This document shows, piece after piece, positions 47,901 to 57,905 of a stretch of 64,000 nucleotides of DNA (within the stretch, counting starts at the first letter, position 1; every line of letters starts with the position of its first letter). The notes beneath the pieces were generated by a model. It made no database searches. It was not told the DNA's origin and saw only the letters and a program-made list of their open reading frames with translations. Where the stretch lies: positions 1,536,001 to 1,600,000 of the forward strand of contig OZ253442.1 of the NCBI GenBank assembly GCA_965261085.1. Direction: 5' to 3'. The translations under genes and the position numbers were made by a program. Origin of the DNA: a bacterium. GTDB taxonomy: Bacteria; UBA8248.

Positions 47901-49289
47901 CTCGCTCTCGTTCGGGGGTGGATGGAGGCGTCGGGCCCCGTGACCGCCGAGGAGCTCGCCTCGCGGGTCGGCCTCGCGTTGCCGGACGTCAATATCGCCC
48001 TGGCCGCTTTGGAAGGAGAAGGAGCGGTTCTGCGGGGCCGCTTCGCGCGCCTTGCGCCCGAGGCCGAAATCGAATGGTGCGACCGCGTATTGTTGGCCCG
48101 CATCCACAGGATGACGCTCGGCAAGTTGAGACGGGAGATAGAACCCGTCACGGCGGCGGATTTTATCCGCTATCTGCTCAGGTGGCAGCACGTGCACGAG
48201 GACGCCATGCTGCACGGGCGCGACGGCGTGCTCGAGGTGATCCGCCGGCTTCAGGGGCTGGAGCTTCCAGCGCCCGCCTGGGAGGAGCGGATTCTTCCCG
48301 CGCGAATCAAGAACTACGACGCAGCCGATCTGGAGGCGCTTTGCCTCTCGGGCCTCGTCGCGTGGGGACGCCTGCGACCGGGCGCTCCGCCCGAGCCGCT
48401 CGATGTTCCGGAGAGCGGGAGCCGATCCAGAGGGACCCAGAAGGCGCAGCCTTCGCGCCGGGCCCTTCTGGCCTTTCTGTTGAGAGAGGAGGTGGGGCTG
48501 TTCCTGAAACCACGCGAAACCGAAGATGCCTGGCGGGGGAATCTATCTCGCACGGCGCGTGAGATACTCGATTTTCTGAAGGACAGGGGGGCCTCTTTTC
48601 TGGCCGACATCACGGCGGCGACGGGCAGGCTCAGAACCGAAGCCGAAGAGGCGCTTTGGGAACTCGTCGCGCGCGGTCTGGTGACGGGCGACGGCGTGGC
48701 GGGTCTCAGGGCCCTGATAGCGAGCGCGAAGGAGAAGAAAAAGGGCGAGCGGCGGCTGCGCGCCCTGCCGGGCGGGAGGGCCATATCGCGCGAGGCGAAA
48801 AAGCGCTTCATGCCCGTGGGCCGCTGGTCGCTTTGGGGAAGCGCTATCGCCCCGCTCGATGAGGAGGCCGTGCGCGAGGCCTATGCGCGGCAGTTGCTCA
48901 AACGCTACGGTGTCGTGCTCCGCGAGTTGGCCGTGCGCGAGGCCGCCGCTCCGCGCTGGCGTGAAATGGTGCGCGTATTCAGACGCCTGGAAGCGAAGGG
49001 CGAGATTCGGGGCGGGCGCTTCGTCTCGGGCTTCATGGGCGAGCAGTTCGCCTTGCCCGAGGCGGTGGAGGCCCTGCGCGCCGTGAGGAGGATTCCGGCG
49101 CGGGGCAAGCCCACCATGGTTCATGCGAGCGACCCGATGAATCTGGTGGGCGTCATCGCGCCCGGATCTAAAATTTCGGCCAGATCGCGCGACGTCATCC
49201 TCTACCGCGACGGCCTGGTGGCCGACAGCGGCCCGCTAGGCGAGGTGAGGAGTCGTCTTGCGAATGAATCCCTCACGGGCGGGGGGTAG
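44964..49289 (+). CDS. lhr: Lhr-family SF2 helicase (long form)
   Basis: APTGTGKT, DEIH, GLSAT, LELGIDIG, QRVGRSGH and a C-terminal winged-helix region (RGGRFVSG..GEQFA). Confidence 0.93.
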   Translation: MDRHSFHPLITRWFCEKFGEPSAPQDAGWPEIATGRDTLIAAPTGTGKTLAAFLWSLDSLIRDALAGELEDACRLVYISPLKALGNDIQKNLQEPLSEIRALAREEGVELPEIRVAVRSGDTPARERRLMLKKRPHILITTPESLYILLTAERSRKVLESARAVIVDEIHAVAGDKRGAHLALSLERLDALCNDRLQRIGLSATQKPIDEIARLLIGAGRRREDGSPDCAIVDVGHKREMALTVEVADLDIGPIASHEYWAEVFERIAAHIESHRTTIVFVHTRRLAERVSHRLTEKLGEGRVAAHHGSLSRKIRLDAEERLKSGALAAIVATASLELGIDIGHVDLVCHLGAPRTLASLLQRVGRSGHWKGAVPKGIVFPLTRDELLQSAAAIRSVRGGALDLVVFPKAPLDILAQQMVAEVAAQEEVEEEALWSLIRRAQPYGELERSVFEDVLEMLSEGISTSRGRRTAYLHRDRVNALLRPRRGARLCAITSGGAIPDTADYDVVEGAAETFVGKVNEDFAIESNAGDIFLLGNHSWRVKRVERGKVRVEDAEGLPPNIPFWLGEAPSRTAELSEAVSALRSELAGRLDAPGEAIRWMRAECGLYAAGASQLIDYVRETVRVLGRVPTQGEIVAERFFDEAGGMQLVIHSPYGGRINRAWGHTLRKRFCLTFDFELQAAATDDGIVLSLSSQHSFPLESIFGYARLASLKKDMLQSALQSPMFTNRWRWNATRALALPRRSGGKKVPVAIQRMRAEDLLAAVFPAQLACQDNHHGPIEPPDHPLVNETVENCLTEAMDIESLRALIAEVESGKIMTFGVETPAPSLMSHEILNANPYAFIDDAPLEERRSRAVPLRRALPDDAENARLDADVIEEVCEQAWPAPRDADELHDALLSLCVLPVEEAGEWSAWVDELLARNRVAKAAWGAEGVEREGLVPAERMALIRAAIPGIKLTPESIPFQGDEAETPAQDEAALALVRGWMEASGPVTAEELASRVGLALPDVNIALAALEGEGAVLRGRFARLAPEAEIEWCDRVLLARIHRMTLGKLRREIEPVTAADFIRYLLRWQHVHEDAMLHGRDGVLEVIRRLQGLELPAPAWEERILPARIKNYDAADLEALCLSGLVAWGRLRPGAPPEPLDVPESGSRSRGTQKAQPSRRALLAFLLREEVGLFLKPRETEDAWRGNLSRTAREILDFLKDRGASFLADITAATGRLRTEAEEALWELVARGLVTGDGVAGLRALIASAKEKKKGERRLRALPGGRAISREAKKRFMPVGRWSLWGSAIAPLDEEAVREAYARQLLKRYGVVLRELAVREAAAPRWREMVRVFRRLEAKGEIRGGRFVSGFMGEQFALPEAVEALRAVRRIPARGKPTMVHASDPMNLVGVIAPGSKISARSRDVILYRDGLVADSGPLGEVRSRLANESLTGGG

Positions 49290-49304
49290 CGGATCAGTGA
49301 ATGA

Positions 49305-49562
49305 CCCCCCACCGGCGCGACTTCGGGCTTCGCCCTCGTCTTGCCGACAATCCCTCATTCTTCAATCGGCAATCGCTCCTTCCTCAGTCGCGATTGACCC
49401 TCAAGGGGGGAGTAATCAAACGCTCGAAACGATGTAGATGAAATATTATTCCAATCGAGATGCCACTTCAAAATCACTCCCCCCTTGAGGGTCAATTCCG
49501 ACCGAGGAGGGAGGGAGTGTCGCAGAAGCCGAGCGCTGGCGAAGGCTGATGCGGTGGGGGGT
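49305..49562. repeat. Second repeat family (ACTCCCCCCTTGAGGGGGAG type), two half-units
   Basis: CCCCCCACCGG...CCCTCAAGGGGGGAGT followed by ACTCCCCCCTTGAGGG...GAAGGCTGATGCGGTGGGGGGT; both match 50678-50828. Confidence 0.85.
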
Positions 49563-49830
49563 CAAACCGGACAGATGAGGGGTTATTCAACAACCCCTGC
49601 CCGGTCGGGTTTGACACCGGAATGACGGCGGAATGGTTCAGTCTCGTCGGATGCGAGGGGGTGTAGGTGGCGGTCCCTCCCTCTCCGGTCGGAACCGACT
49701 CTTCGGGGCCGCCCCACGCATATATGCGACCCTCCTTTTTCGCCTTCCAGCGATGGGCCGCATGTATGCGGCCCCTACAAATAGAGAGTTCATCGATTGG
49801 ATGGACGATGAATCCTCCGCGCCTTTCTCT

Positions 49831-49867
49831 AAAAAAGAAAACCCCGGCGAATCGCGCCGGGGTTTTC
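49831..49867 (-). terminator. Rho-independent terminator of the cytochrome c' gene
   Basis: GAAAACCCCGGCG...CGCCGGGGTTTTC with an A6 run (U-tract on the minus strand). Confidence 0.85.
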
Positions 49868-49886
49868 CTGTATCTTTCAGGTCTCG

Positions 49887-50432
49887 TTATTTCTTTTTTT
49901 TCTTCTTCCTGAACGACTTGTGGCATGCTCCGCATTGTTTGCCGATAAGGCCCACAGCCTTCTTGATGGCCGCCGGGCCGCCCTTGTAGTGGATTTGCGC
50001 CAAGACGGCGGCGTTCGCGGCCAGACCGTCCGCAATGAGAGCGAATTTCGCCTTGTCCTTCCAGATGGCGGCGGTCGATGTCGTCTTGCCCGCCAGGGTG
50101 TTTTTCTTGAACGCCTTTTTGATCTTGCTCGCTTTCTTGTACATGTCCCCGGCGGCCTGGCGCACCTGCTCCTCGACCACCCAGCCGCTGCCTTGCTTCA
50201 TCGCGGTTTTCAGGCGCTTCATGTCGGCGCCGATGCCGCGCATGAGTTTCTTCCGCGCCGTGACGGCGGGGTCCTCACCGCCCTTCATCATCTTCTTGCC
50301 CATTATCTTGTCTTTCATGCCCGTCATTGCTTTCTTCATCTTGCCCATCATCTGGTCGTCCGCGCAGCCCGTAATGAGCGCGCCCGCGACCACTAGAACG
50401 GCCAGGCTTCTGAATACGTCTTGTTTTTTCAT
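49887..50432 (-). CDS. Class II cytochrome c (cytochrome c'-like) lipoprotein
   Basis: Lipobox LITGC, RKKLM, AIW and C-terminal CGACH. Confidence 0.85.
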   Translation of the reverse strand: MKKQDVFRSLAVLVVAGALITGCADDQMMGKMKKAMTGMKDKIMGKKMMKGGEDPAVTARKKLMRGIGADMKRLKTAMKQGSGWVVEEQVRQAAGDMYKKASKIKKAFKKNTLAGKTTSTAAIWKDKAKFALIADGLAANAAVLAQIHYKGGPAAIKKAVGLIGKQCGACHKSFRKKKKKK

Positions 50433-50677
50433 GACCGGATTTCCCCCACAAAATCAGAAACGAAAAAGAACGCTCAGGCGGACCTGAATGAAACCCTCTT
50501 GCGCCGAAGCGCGTGAAAACCAAGCATGGGCGGATATTTACCCAGCTTCACTGTGTATGGCCTCATATTAGCCTAAAAGAGGTCAAGCGGCCAGCCCGAA
50601 AAACGGGTGGGGGCGGGGCGCTTCAAAGGGGTAGTGTTTTCAGGGATGGGCATTTCCTCGCTCTTTAGTCGGAAATT

Positions 50678-50828
50678 ACTCCCCCCTTGAGGGGGAGTCG
50701 CAGAAGTCGAGTCCGTGGACGAAGGCTGATGCGGTGGGGGGTATGATTCTAAAATAAAAGTACCCCCCACCGGTTCGCTTTCGGGCTTGCGCCCTTACCT
50801 TACCGACTCCCCCTCAAGGGGGGAGTGA
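50678..50828. repeat. Complete ~150-bp REPIN/MITE-like unit of the second repeat family
   Basis: Terminal inverted repeats ACTCCCCCCTTGAGGGGGAGTC / GACTCCCCCTCAAGGGGGGAGT, inner GGTGGGGGGT / ACCCCCCACC, and an AT-rich central spacer. Confidence 0.85.
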
Positions 50829-51128
50829 TTTTTAGCGCTATCAAGGGGGGAGTGATGCCCCGAGGTCAATCCCGACAGGGGCGGGTAAGTCCGCACGCCT
50901 TCATTCCCGCGCCGTCGGGGCGGCGTTGATCCCGAGGCCCATTTGTGAAACCTTGGGACATTCCGAGGGATTCATGAGCGTCTTGCCTTCCATTCCGGCG
51001 AAGGCCGGACGGGGAGGAGAGATGAGAGACGCCGCGATGTCCGCGGCGTGAAATCTTTATTTCATTTGCCGGGTCGCTCGGCCCGAACCGCTTCCGGTCG
51101 GGCGGCCCCATTTGCGAAAGGAGTGAAC

Positions 51129-51422
51129 ATGAGCGCATTCGTGGTCGGACACATCACCGTCAAGGACGAAGAAGGATTCAACAACTACGCCGAACAGGGA
51201 CTCGCCATCGTCGCCTCCGTCGGGGGCGAGTTCGTGCTGGGCGGAGAACTCGTAAAGGTTCTCACCGGCGAGCACGACAGGCAGATGTTCGTCCTCCTGA
51301 AATTTCCCGACCAGGAGGCTGTGGAGAAATGGTATTACTCGGACGGCTACCAGGCCCTGATTCCCGGCCGCAACGAGGCGGTGGACATCACCTTCATCTC
51401 CTATGACGAGCCGTCGGAGTAA
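51129..51422 (+). CDS. DUF1330 family protein
   Basis: GGEF..GG, LKFPD..A..WYYSDGYQ and R; SD AAAGGAG. Confidence 0.88.
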   Translation: MSAFVVGHITVKDEEGFNNYAEQGLAIVASVGGEFVLGGELVKVLTGEHDRQMFVLLKFPDQEAVEKWYYSDGYQALIPGRNEAVDITFISYDEPSE

Positions 51423-51560
51423 GCATTTGAGGAGGGGGGACGCTCGGGCTGGAGCGCCGTTGCCCGCTTCTCCCATCCAGTCTCCATGCGCGCCGGGAAT
51501 GCGCATCCGCTGCGCCGCGGCGTTGAGCGGCCCGGCTTTCCGAGCGGAGGAATTTGAGGG

Positions 51561-52190
51561 ATGAAGCGTCTCTACCCCGACCTTTGGCGGACGGCCGAGG
51601 AGAAGCAGTTCGGCGTCTTGACCGTTCACGCCTATCTGCTGGAGCGCCCGGGGGGAAACGTCCTCTTCTACAACCCGAGGAGCACCGTAGATTTTGAGGA
51701 GATAAGCGATCTGGGCGGAATCGCGCATCACTGCCTGAGCCATTGCCACGAGGTGGATGAATCGCTCGCCGAGGTGACCGGGCGTTTCGGCTCCAAATTG
51801 TGTTGCCACGCGCTCGTGGAACCTTATCTCCCAGAAGCGGTTTCCGCCGACGTGCTTTTCGGTTCTCCCCCGCGCGAGTTTCTGGGCGGCGACATAGAGG
51901 TTATCCATACGCCCGGCCACACGAATAACAGCGTCTGCTACCGCTACCGCTCACCCCACGGCAAGACGTATCTCTTCACGGGCGACGCGATTTATCTCGA
52001 CGATGGAGAGTGGAAGACCATCGTCGTCGCCGATGACGGGGGCGATGAGGCGGAACTCGCGAGCAGTCTCTTATCCCTCAAGGATCTTCAGGTCGACGTC
52101 GTGATATGCAGCGTCTCGATAGGTGAGATGCGAATCGTGGAAGTCACGCCCGATGAATGGCGAAGCATCATCGATGGTTTGACGGGGTAG
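51561..52190 (+). CDS. MBL-fold metallo-hydrolase
   Basis: SHCHE, HTPGHT and FTGD. Confidence 0.85.
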   Translation: MKRLYPDLWRTAEEKQFGVLTVHAYLLERPGGNVLFYNPRSTVDFEEISDLGGIAHHCLSHCHEVDESLAEVTGRFGSKLCCHALVEPYLPEAVSADVLFGSPPREFLGGDIEVIHTPGHTNNSVCYRYRSPHGKTYLFTGDAIYLDDGEWKTIVVADDGGDEAELASSLLSLKDLQVDVVICSVSIGEMRIVEVTPDEWRSIIDGLTG

Positions 52191-52293
52191 GGGGGGGTGA
52201 AGTGGTTGAGGCGTATTGCGGTTCTTGTGCGATGGCTCATTTTCGGCAAGGATGCGACTCGAATCGCTTCCCCTGCTTGTTTAGGACTTACCC

Positions 52294-52881
52294 ATGCCTA
52301 TCATCCGGCAGACGCCCGATATTTCGAAATTCAATCCCGACATAGAGTCGCCTTATCAGCTTCGCCGGGAAGATTTTGCATTGGTCATGCAAGATGTCTA
52401 CGATTTCTTTTTTGACGTAAATACGCATTTGTTCAACAAGGGCATCAAACGCCTGGATGAAATGTTGCGGCCCGCCGCCATGTCCGGGCTGATTTCCGAC
52501 ATGATTACGGCGAGCATGGCGCAGCACTCGCGAACCCTGGTTGAGAACCGGTATCACAACGGTCACCCGGACCTCATTGTGAACGGTGTATATCCTAATG
52601 ATTCAGTAAAGGCCGGAGATGAAGGCGTCGAGGTTAAAAGTACGCGTAAACCAGGAGGAGCCGTCGATACGCACGGCGCAAGGAAGCAATGGATGTGCGT
52701 CTTTGTTTACCTAGTCGACAAAGAGACGGAACCTGCTGTTGATCGCGCAGCCATGAAATTTTCTGAAGTCTATCTCGGCCACGTCACCGTCGATGATTTT
52801 CGTAAAAATCCGCGAGGCGAACTGGGGACCAGAACGGCTACTTTGGACAGAGAGGGTATTCGAAAGTTGCGGCGCAGTTGA
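52294..52881 (+). CDS. Putative type II restriction endonuclease (PD-(D/E)XK)
   Basis: HPDL...GVEVK; convergent with a DNA methyltransferase; AT-richer than the flanks. Confidence 0.7.
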   Translation: MPIIRQTPDISKFNPDIESPYQLRREDFALVMQDVYDFFFDVNTHLFNKGIKRLDEMLRPAAMSGLISDMITASMAQHSRTLVENRYHNGHPDLIVNGVYPNDSVKAGDEGVEVKSTRKPGGAVDTHGARKQWMCVFVYLVDKETEPAVDRAAMKFSEVYLGHVTVDDFRKNPRGELGTRTATLDREGIRKLRRS

Positions 52882-53812
52882 GTGTATCTGGACACCTGAT
52901 TGCTTCCAGTTTCGGTATGGCCTGTTGGGCGAGTTTCACGTATCGCTCTGAGGATTCGACCCCGATGCTTCGGTAGCCGATGTGGTTGGCGGCGGCGAGC
53001 GTCGAACCCGAACCCGCGAACGGGTCGAGTATCACGCCCTTTTGCAGCGGCAGGGCGGCGCGGACCAGTTGACGCAAAAATGCTTGGGGTTTTAAGGATG
53101 GATGCGGCGCCAAGCGTTTCTCCGACGATCTGGTTGGATGCGACGAGATGACGTCGCCGAAAGGTTTTTTGTTTGATATTCGGCGGAGTCCACCGGTTCC
53201 CCATTTGCGCAAATTGTCCTGGACCCGGCCCTCCAAAGGTTTGCGGAACAACAACCAAGGTTCGGCCATCGAGCGAGGCATCACAGTGACGTCGGAGAAT
53301 TCTTCGTGCGCGTTCTTCGGGCGATCACCGCCGCGCATCGTCATGACGAGTCGAGTGATGACGCCCCGGTTTTCCAGCCCGGCGGCGGCTAGCGCAGACG
53401 CGACGATATGAGAAACCAAGGGATTGGACGCCATAAAGATATGAGCGCCGGGAACCAGAGCGCGCGATGCGCTGCGACCGAAACGCTCGAAAAATTCATG
53501 CATATTTTCGAGATCGGAGGTGCTCAAGGTAGTGAAGCGAGGGAGCGGCGCACGTTGGCAGCCGTCGAAGGATGGAGGGATTCGCCAGACCCCGCCTTTA
53601 CCTTTGAAAAGTTTACGTTGCTCTTTCTCTGTGTATTCGACTAGGCCATAGGGTGGGTCCGTCACGATCGCATGAATGCTTTCTTCACGGCAATTTTCTA
53701 ACCACTCGAAACAATCTTGGTGGTGCAATGCCGCTTTGCCGTGAACGATTACGGGTTTGGCGACTTTGCATGTTTTCTCGATGATGGAGGCCATGCTCAT
53801 CCAGTTTCGCAT
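52838..53812 (-). CDS. Beta-class N6-A/N4-C DNA methyltransferase
   Basis: TDPPY precedes HPSLKP and LDPFAGSGST; exact start uncertain. Confidence 0.92.
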   Translation of the reverse strand: MRNWMSMASIIEKTCKVAKPVIVHGKAALHHQDCFEWLENCREESIHAIVTDPPYGLVEYTEKEQRKLFKGKGGVWRIPPSFDGCQRAPLPRFTTLSTSDLENMHEFFERFGRSASRALVPGAHIFMASNPLVSHIVASALAAAGLENRGVITRLVMTMRGGDRPKNAHEEFSDVTVMPRSMAEPWLLFRKPLEGRVQDNLRKWGTGGLRRISNKKPFGDVISSHPTRSSEKRLAPHPSLKPQAFLRQLVRAALPLQKGVILDPFAGSGSTLAAANHIGYRSIGVESSERYVKLAQQAIPKLEAIRCPDTLNCAATFEYPLCPK

Positions 53813-54529
53813 TCAAGCTGGTGGCGGCTATGCCCGGTGTGTTTGAACATGTCGGGCGGGATCGTATGTAGGGGCGGACAAAAATCAGGAAAACTGCCAG
53901 CCTTAACTGCTATCGCCCATTTAATCTCCTGAACATTGATATCATCATCCCTCCCAATCGGGCAAGTAGTAAGTGTGTCTCGGATGATGTCGGGGAAATG
54001 TTTCTCGGGAGCGGACGATGAAGATTCGGATTCACTTCTTGTCTCGATCGCCAGTTCCTCCGTTCCCCATCGGAAATAATCCAAACGCATTTCCCCGCAT
54101 ATTCCGTCGCGGGTTTTTCGGGGCGATGGGGTATGCCCGGAAGGCCGCCCGACCGCCTTCGGTTTTTCAGGTGGCGGAGGCGGCGCGGACTACAGGAGTC
54201 GGGCGGTCGCTCAGGCGAAGTGAGGGACACGCAAAATGCAAAAAATAATATGTGAAAATATCGATAAAATTAGATAAATTCACGGTGTTATTCGATAAAT
54301 AAATGAATACTTTTGGGAGGGTCGGAAAGACGCCGCCGCATTGCAGCGCAGAGGAATTCTGCCATGGACCGCTACTCCTGCGGTGACGGCAAATGCGCGG
54401 AATTGCGGGGAGTTGCGCGCCCGCTCGGGGTGTCCGCCCGGCGCCGGGAGAGTAAGTTCACGCATCCATGAATGGCGCCTCTCGCTCTCTAATCGCATCG
54501 CCTAAGACGCTGTAAATATTTGATTTCGT

Positions 54530-55306
54530 TTATCTTCCCTTGAATTCGGCGGCTCTTTTCTCCAGGAACGCGGAGGCGCCTTCGACCTTGTCCTCGGTCG
54601 TCATCAGGCAGGCCTGGCCGAGCCGTTCGGCCACCATGCCCGCCTCGGGGCCGAACTTGAGCCCCGTGTTGATGGCGATTTTCGCGATGCGCACCGCCAG
54701 CGGGCCTTTGCTCATCATCTTTTTCGCGCATTTGCGCGCAGTTTCCAGCAGTTCCTCGGCCGGGACGACCTGGTTCACCAGCCCGATGCGGTGGGCCTCG
54801 CGCGCGTCGATGATGTCGCCCGTCAGGATGAGTTCCTTCGCTCTTCCGACGCCCACGAGGGAGACGAGCCTTTGGGTGCCGCCGGCTCCGGGCATGATGC
54901 CGAGATTGACTTCCGGTTGTCCGAATCTGGCGTTTTCGCTCGCGATGCGGATGTCGCAAGCCATTGAAAGTTCACAGCCTCCGCCTAGAGCAAAGCCGTT
55001 GACCGCGGCGATGACGGGCTTCTCAATTGCCTCGAGCCGCATGAGGGCGCGCTGCGAGGGGGCCGCCAGCCCGTCGATGAAGCTTCGCTCCTTGATCTGG
55101 GCGATGTCCGAGCCCGCGGCGAAGCATTTCTCGCCCGCGCCCGTGAAGATAATGACCTGAACGTCGGTGTCCGCTTCGAGTTCTTCCACCACGGTCCCCA
55201 CCTCGCGCCACGTCTGCGGGTCGAGCGCGTTTCGCTTCTCGGGACGGTTGATGGTGATGAGCGCGATGCCTTGTGATTTCTCGATCAACAGGTTCTTGTA
55301 CGGCAT
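54530..55306 (-). CDS. Enoyl-CoA hydratase (crotonase)
   Basis: FAAGSDI, GGGCEL, GQPE and GAGGTQRL; both catalytic Glu present. Confidence 0.93.
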   Translation of the reverse strand: MPYKNLLIEKSQGIALITINRPEKRNALDPQTWREVGTVVEELEADTDVQVIIFTGAGEKCFAAGSDIAQIKERSFIDGLAAPSQRALMRLEAIEKPVIAAVNGFALGGGCELSMACDIRIASENARFGQPEVNLGIMPGAGGTQRLVSLVGVGRAKELILTGDIIDAREAHRIGLVNQVVPAEELLETARKCAKKMMSKGPLAVRIAKIAINTGLKFGPEAGMVAERLGQACLMTTEDKVEGASAFLEKRAAEFKGR

Positions 55307-55545
55307 TTCAATCAAACTCCTTCTGCGTTGCGTATGAGAGGTTCTCCATAGCGAGGAGAAACGTGGATGCCATAATTCGACGAGAAGATAGCCCATGATG
55401 CGGAATACGTCACCCGATCACGGGATGGACGAAGGGCGGGATTTTGCGAAAATTCCAGGAATTTATTCATACTGGACCCGCCGCCATTTCCGGATGTGCC
55501 GATAAGTAAATAGAAATCAGATATTTAATTGAAGTAGCCGCGTTG

Positions 55546-55572
55546 TTAGCAGTCTAGTACCTTGAGTGCTAA
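55546..55572 (+). promoter_or_regulatory. CIRCE operator upstream of groES
   Basis: TTAGCAGTC-N9-GAGTGCTAA, one mismatch to consensus. Confidence 0.93.
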
Positions 55573-55578
55573 CAGCGC

Positions 55579-55607
55579 TTGACATATGGTCTCTTTTTCC
55601 CTATACC
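55579..55607 (+). promoter_or_regulatory. Sigma70-type promoter of groESL
   Basis: TTGACA-17 bp-TATACC immediately after the CIRCE. Confidence 0.7.
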
Positions 55608-55738
55608 TCGCTCAGAAGGAATGAGGTGAGAGTTCAAGAGTCGTTTCGCCCGAAAGACGACTTGCGGACGATAGAGATCATTTTCAGTTGGGTGTCCCGA
55701 TTAGAAGCAACATTTCTTTATTTTACAAGGAGGAAGTG

Positions 55739-57711
<1,973 letters not shown>

Positions 57712-57729
57712 GTTGTTGTTCTGATGTTC

Positions 57730-57760
57730 AAAGGGGGCCTCTCGGAGGCCCCCTTTTTTT
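57730..57760 (+). terminator. Rho-independent terminator of groESL
   Basis: AAAGGGGGCCTC-TCG-GAGGCCCCCTTTTTTT. Confidence 0.92.
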
Positions 57761-57905
57761 GTGTGGCGATGCGCTTTCTTGGACGCCTTGAAGAGAAGCC
57801 ACTCGTCTCATAAAATCAAAATCGAAGGGTTTTGAGCACTCAGGCCACGCGTTTACCTTCTCGCACTCATACAGACGATAATGGAGATTGAGCAGAGAGG
57901 GATAT

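Noticed and set aside
43811-49289. Patatin + helicase as a complete CBASS or other defence operon
   Set aside because: No CD-NTase or Cap2/3; Lhr is a widespread repair helicase with its own promoter-like site.
52879-52881. TGA as selenocysteine or a recoded genetic code
   Set aside because: No SECIS-like hairpin is evident, and TGA is an ordinary stop throughout the window.
53820-54240. tRNA/tmRNA integration site next to the R-M pair
   Set aside because: Only a GC hairpin (CCGCCCGAC/GTCGGGCGG); no cloverleaf, T-loop or CCA, and no integrase.
55636-55665. Hairpin in the groES leader as an RNA thermometer
   Set aside because: It is far from the SD and does not sequester it; CIRCE already explains heat control.
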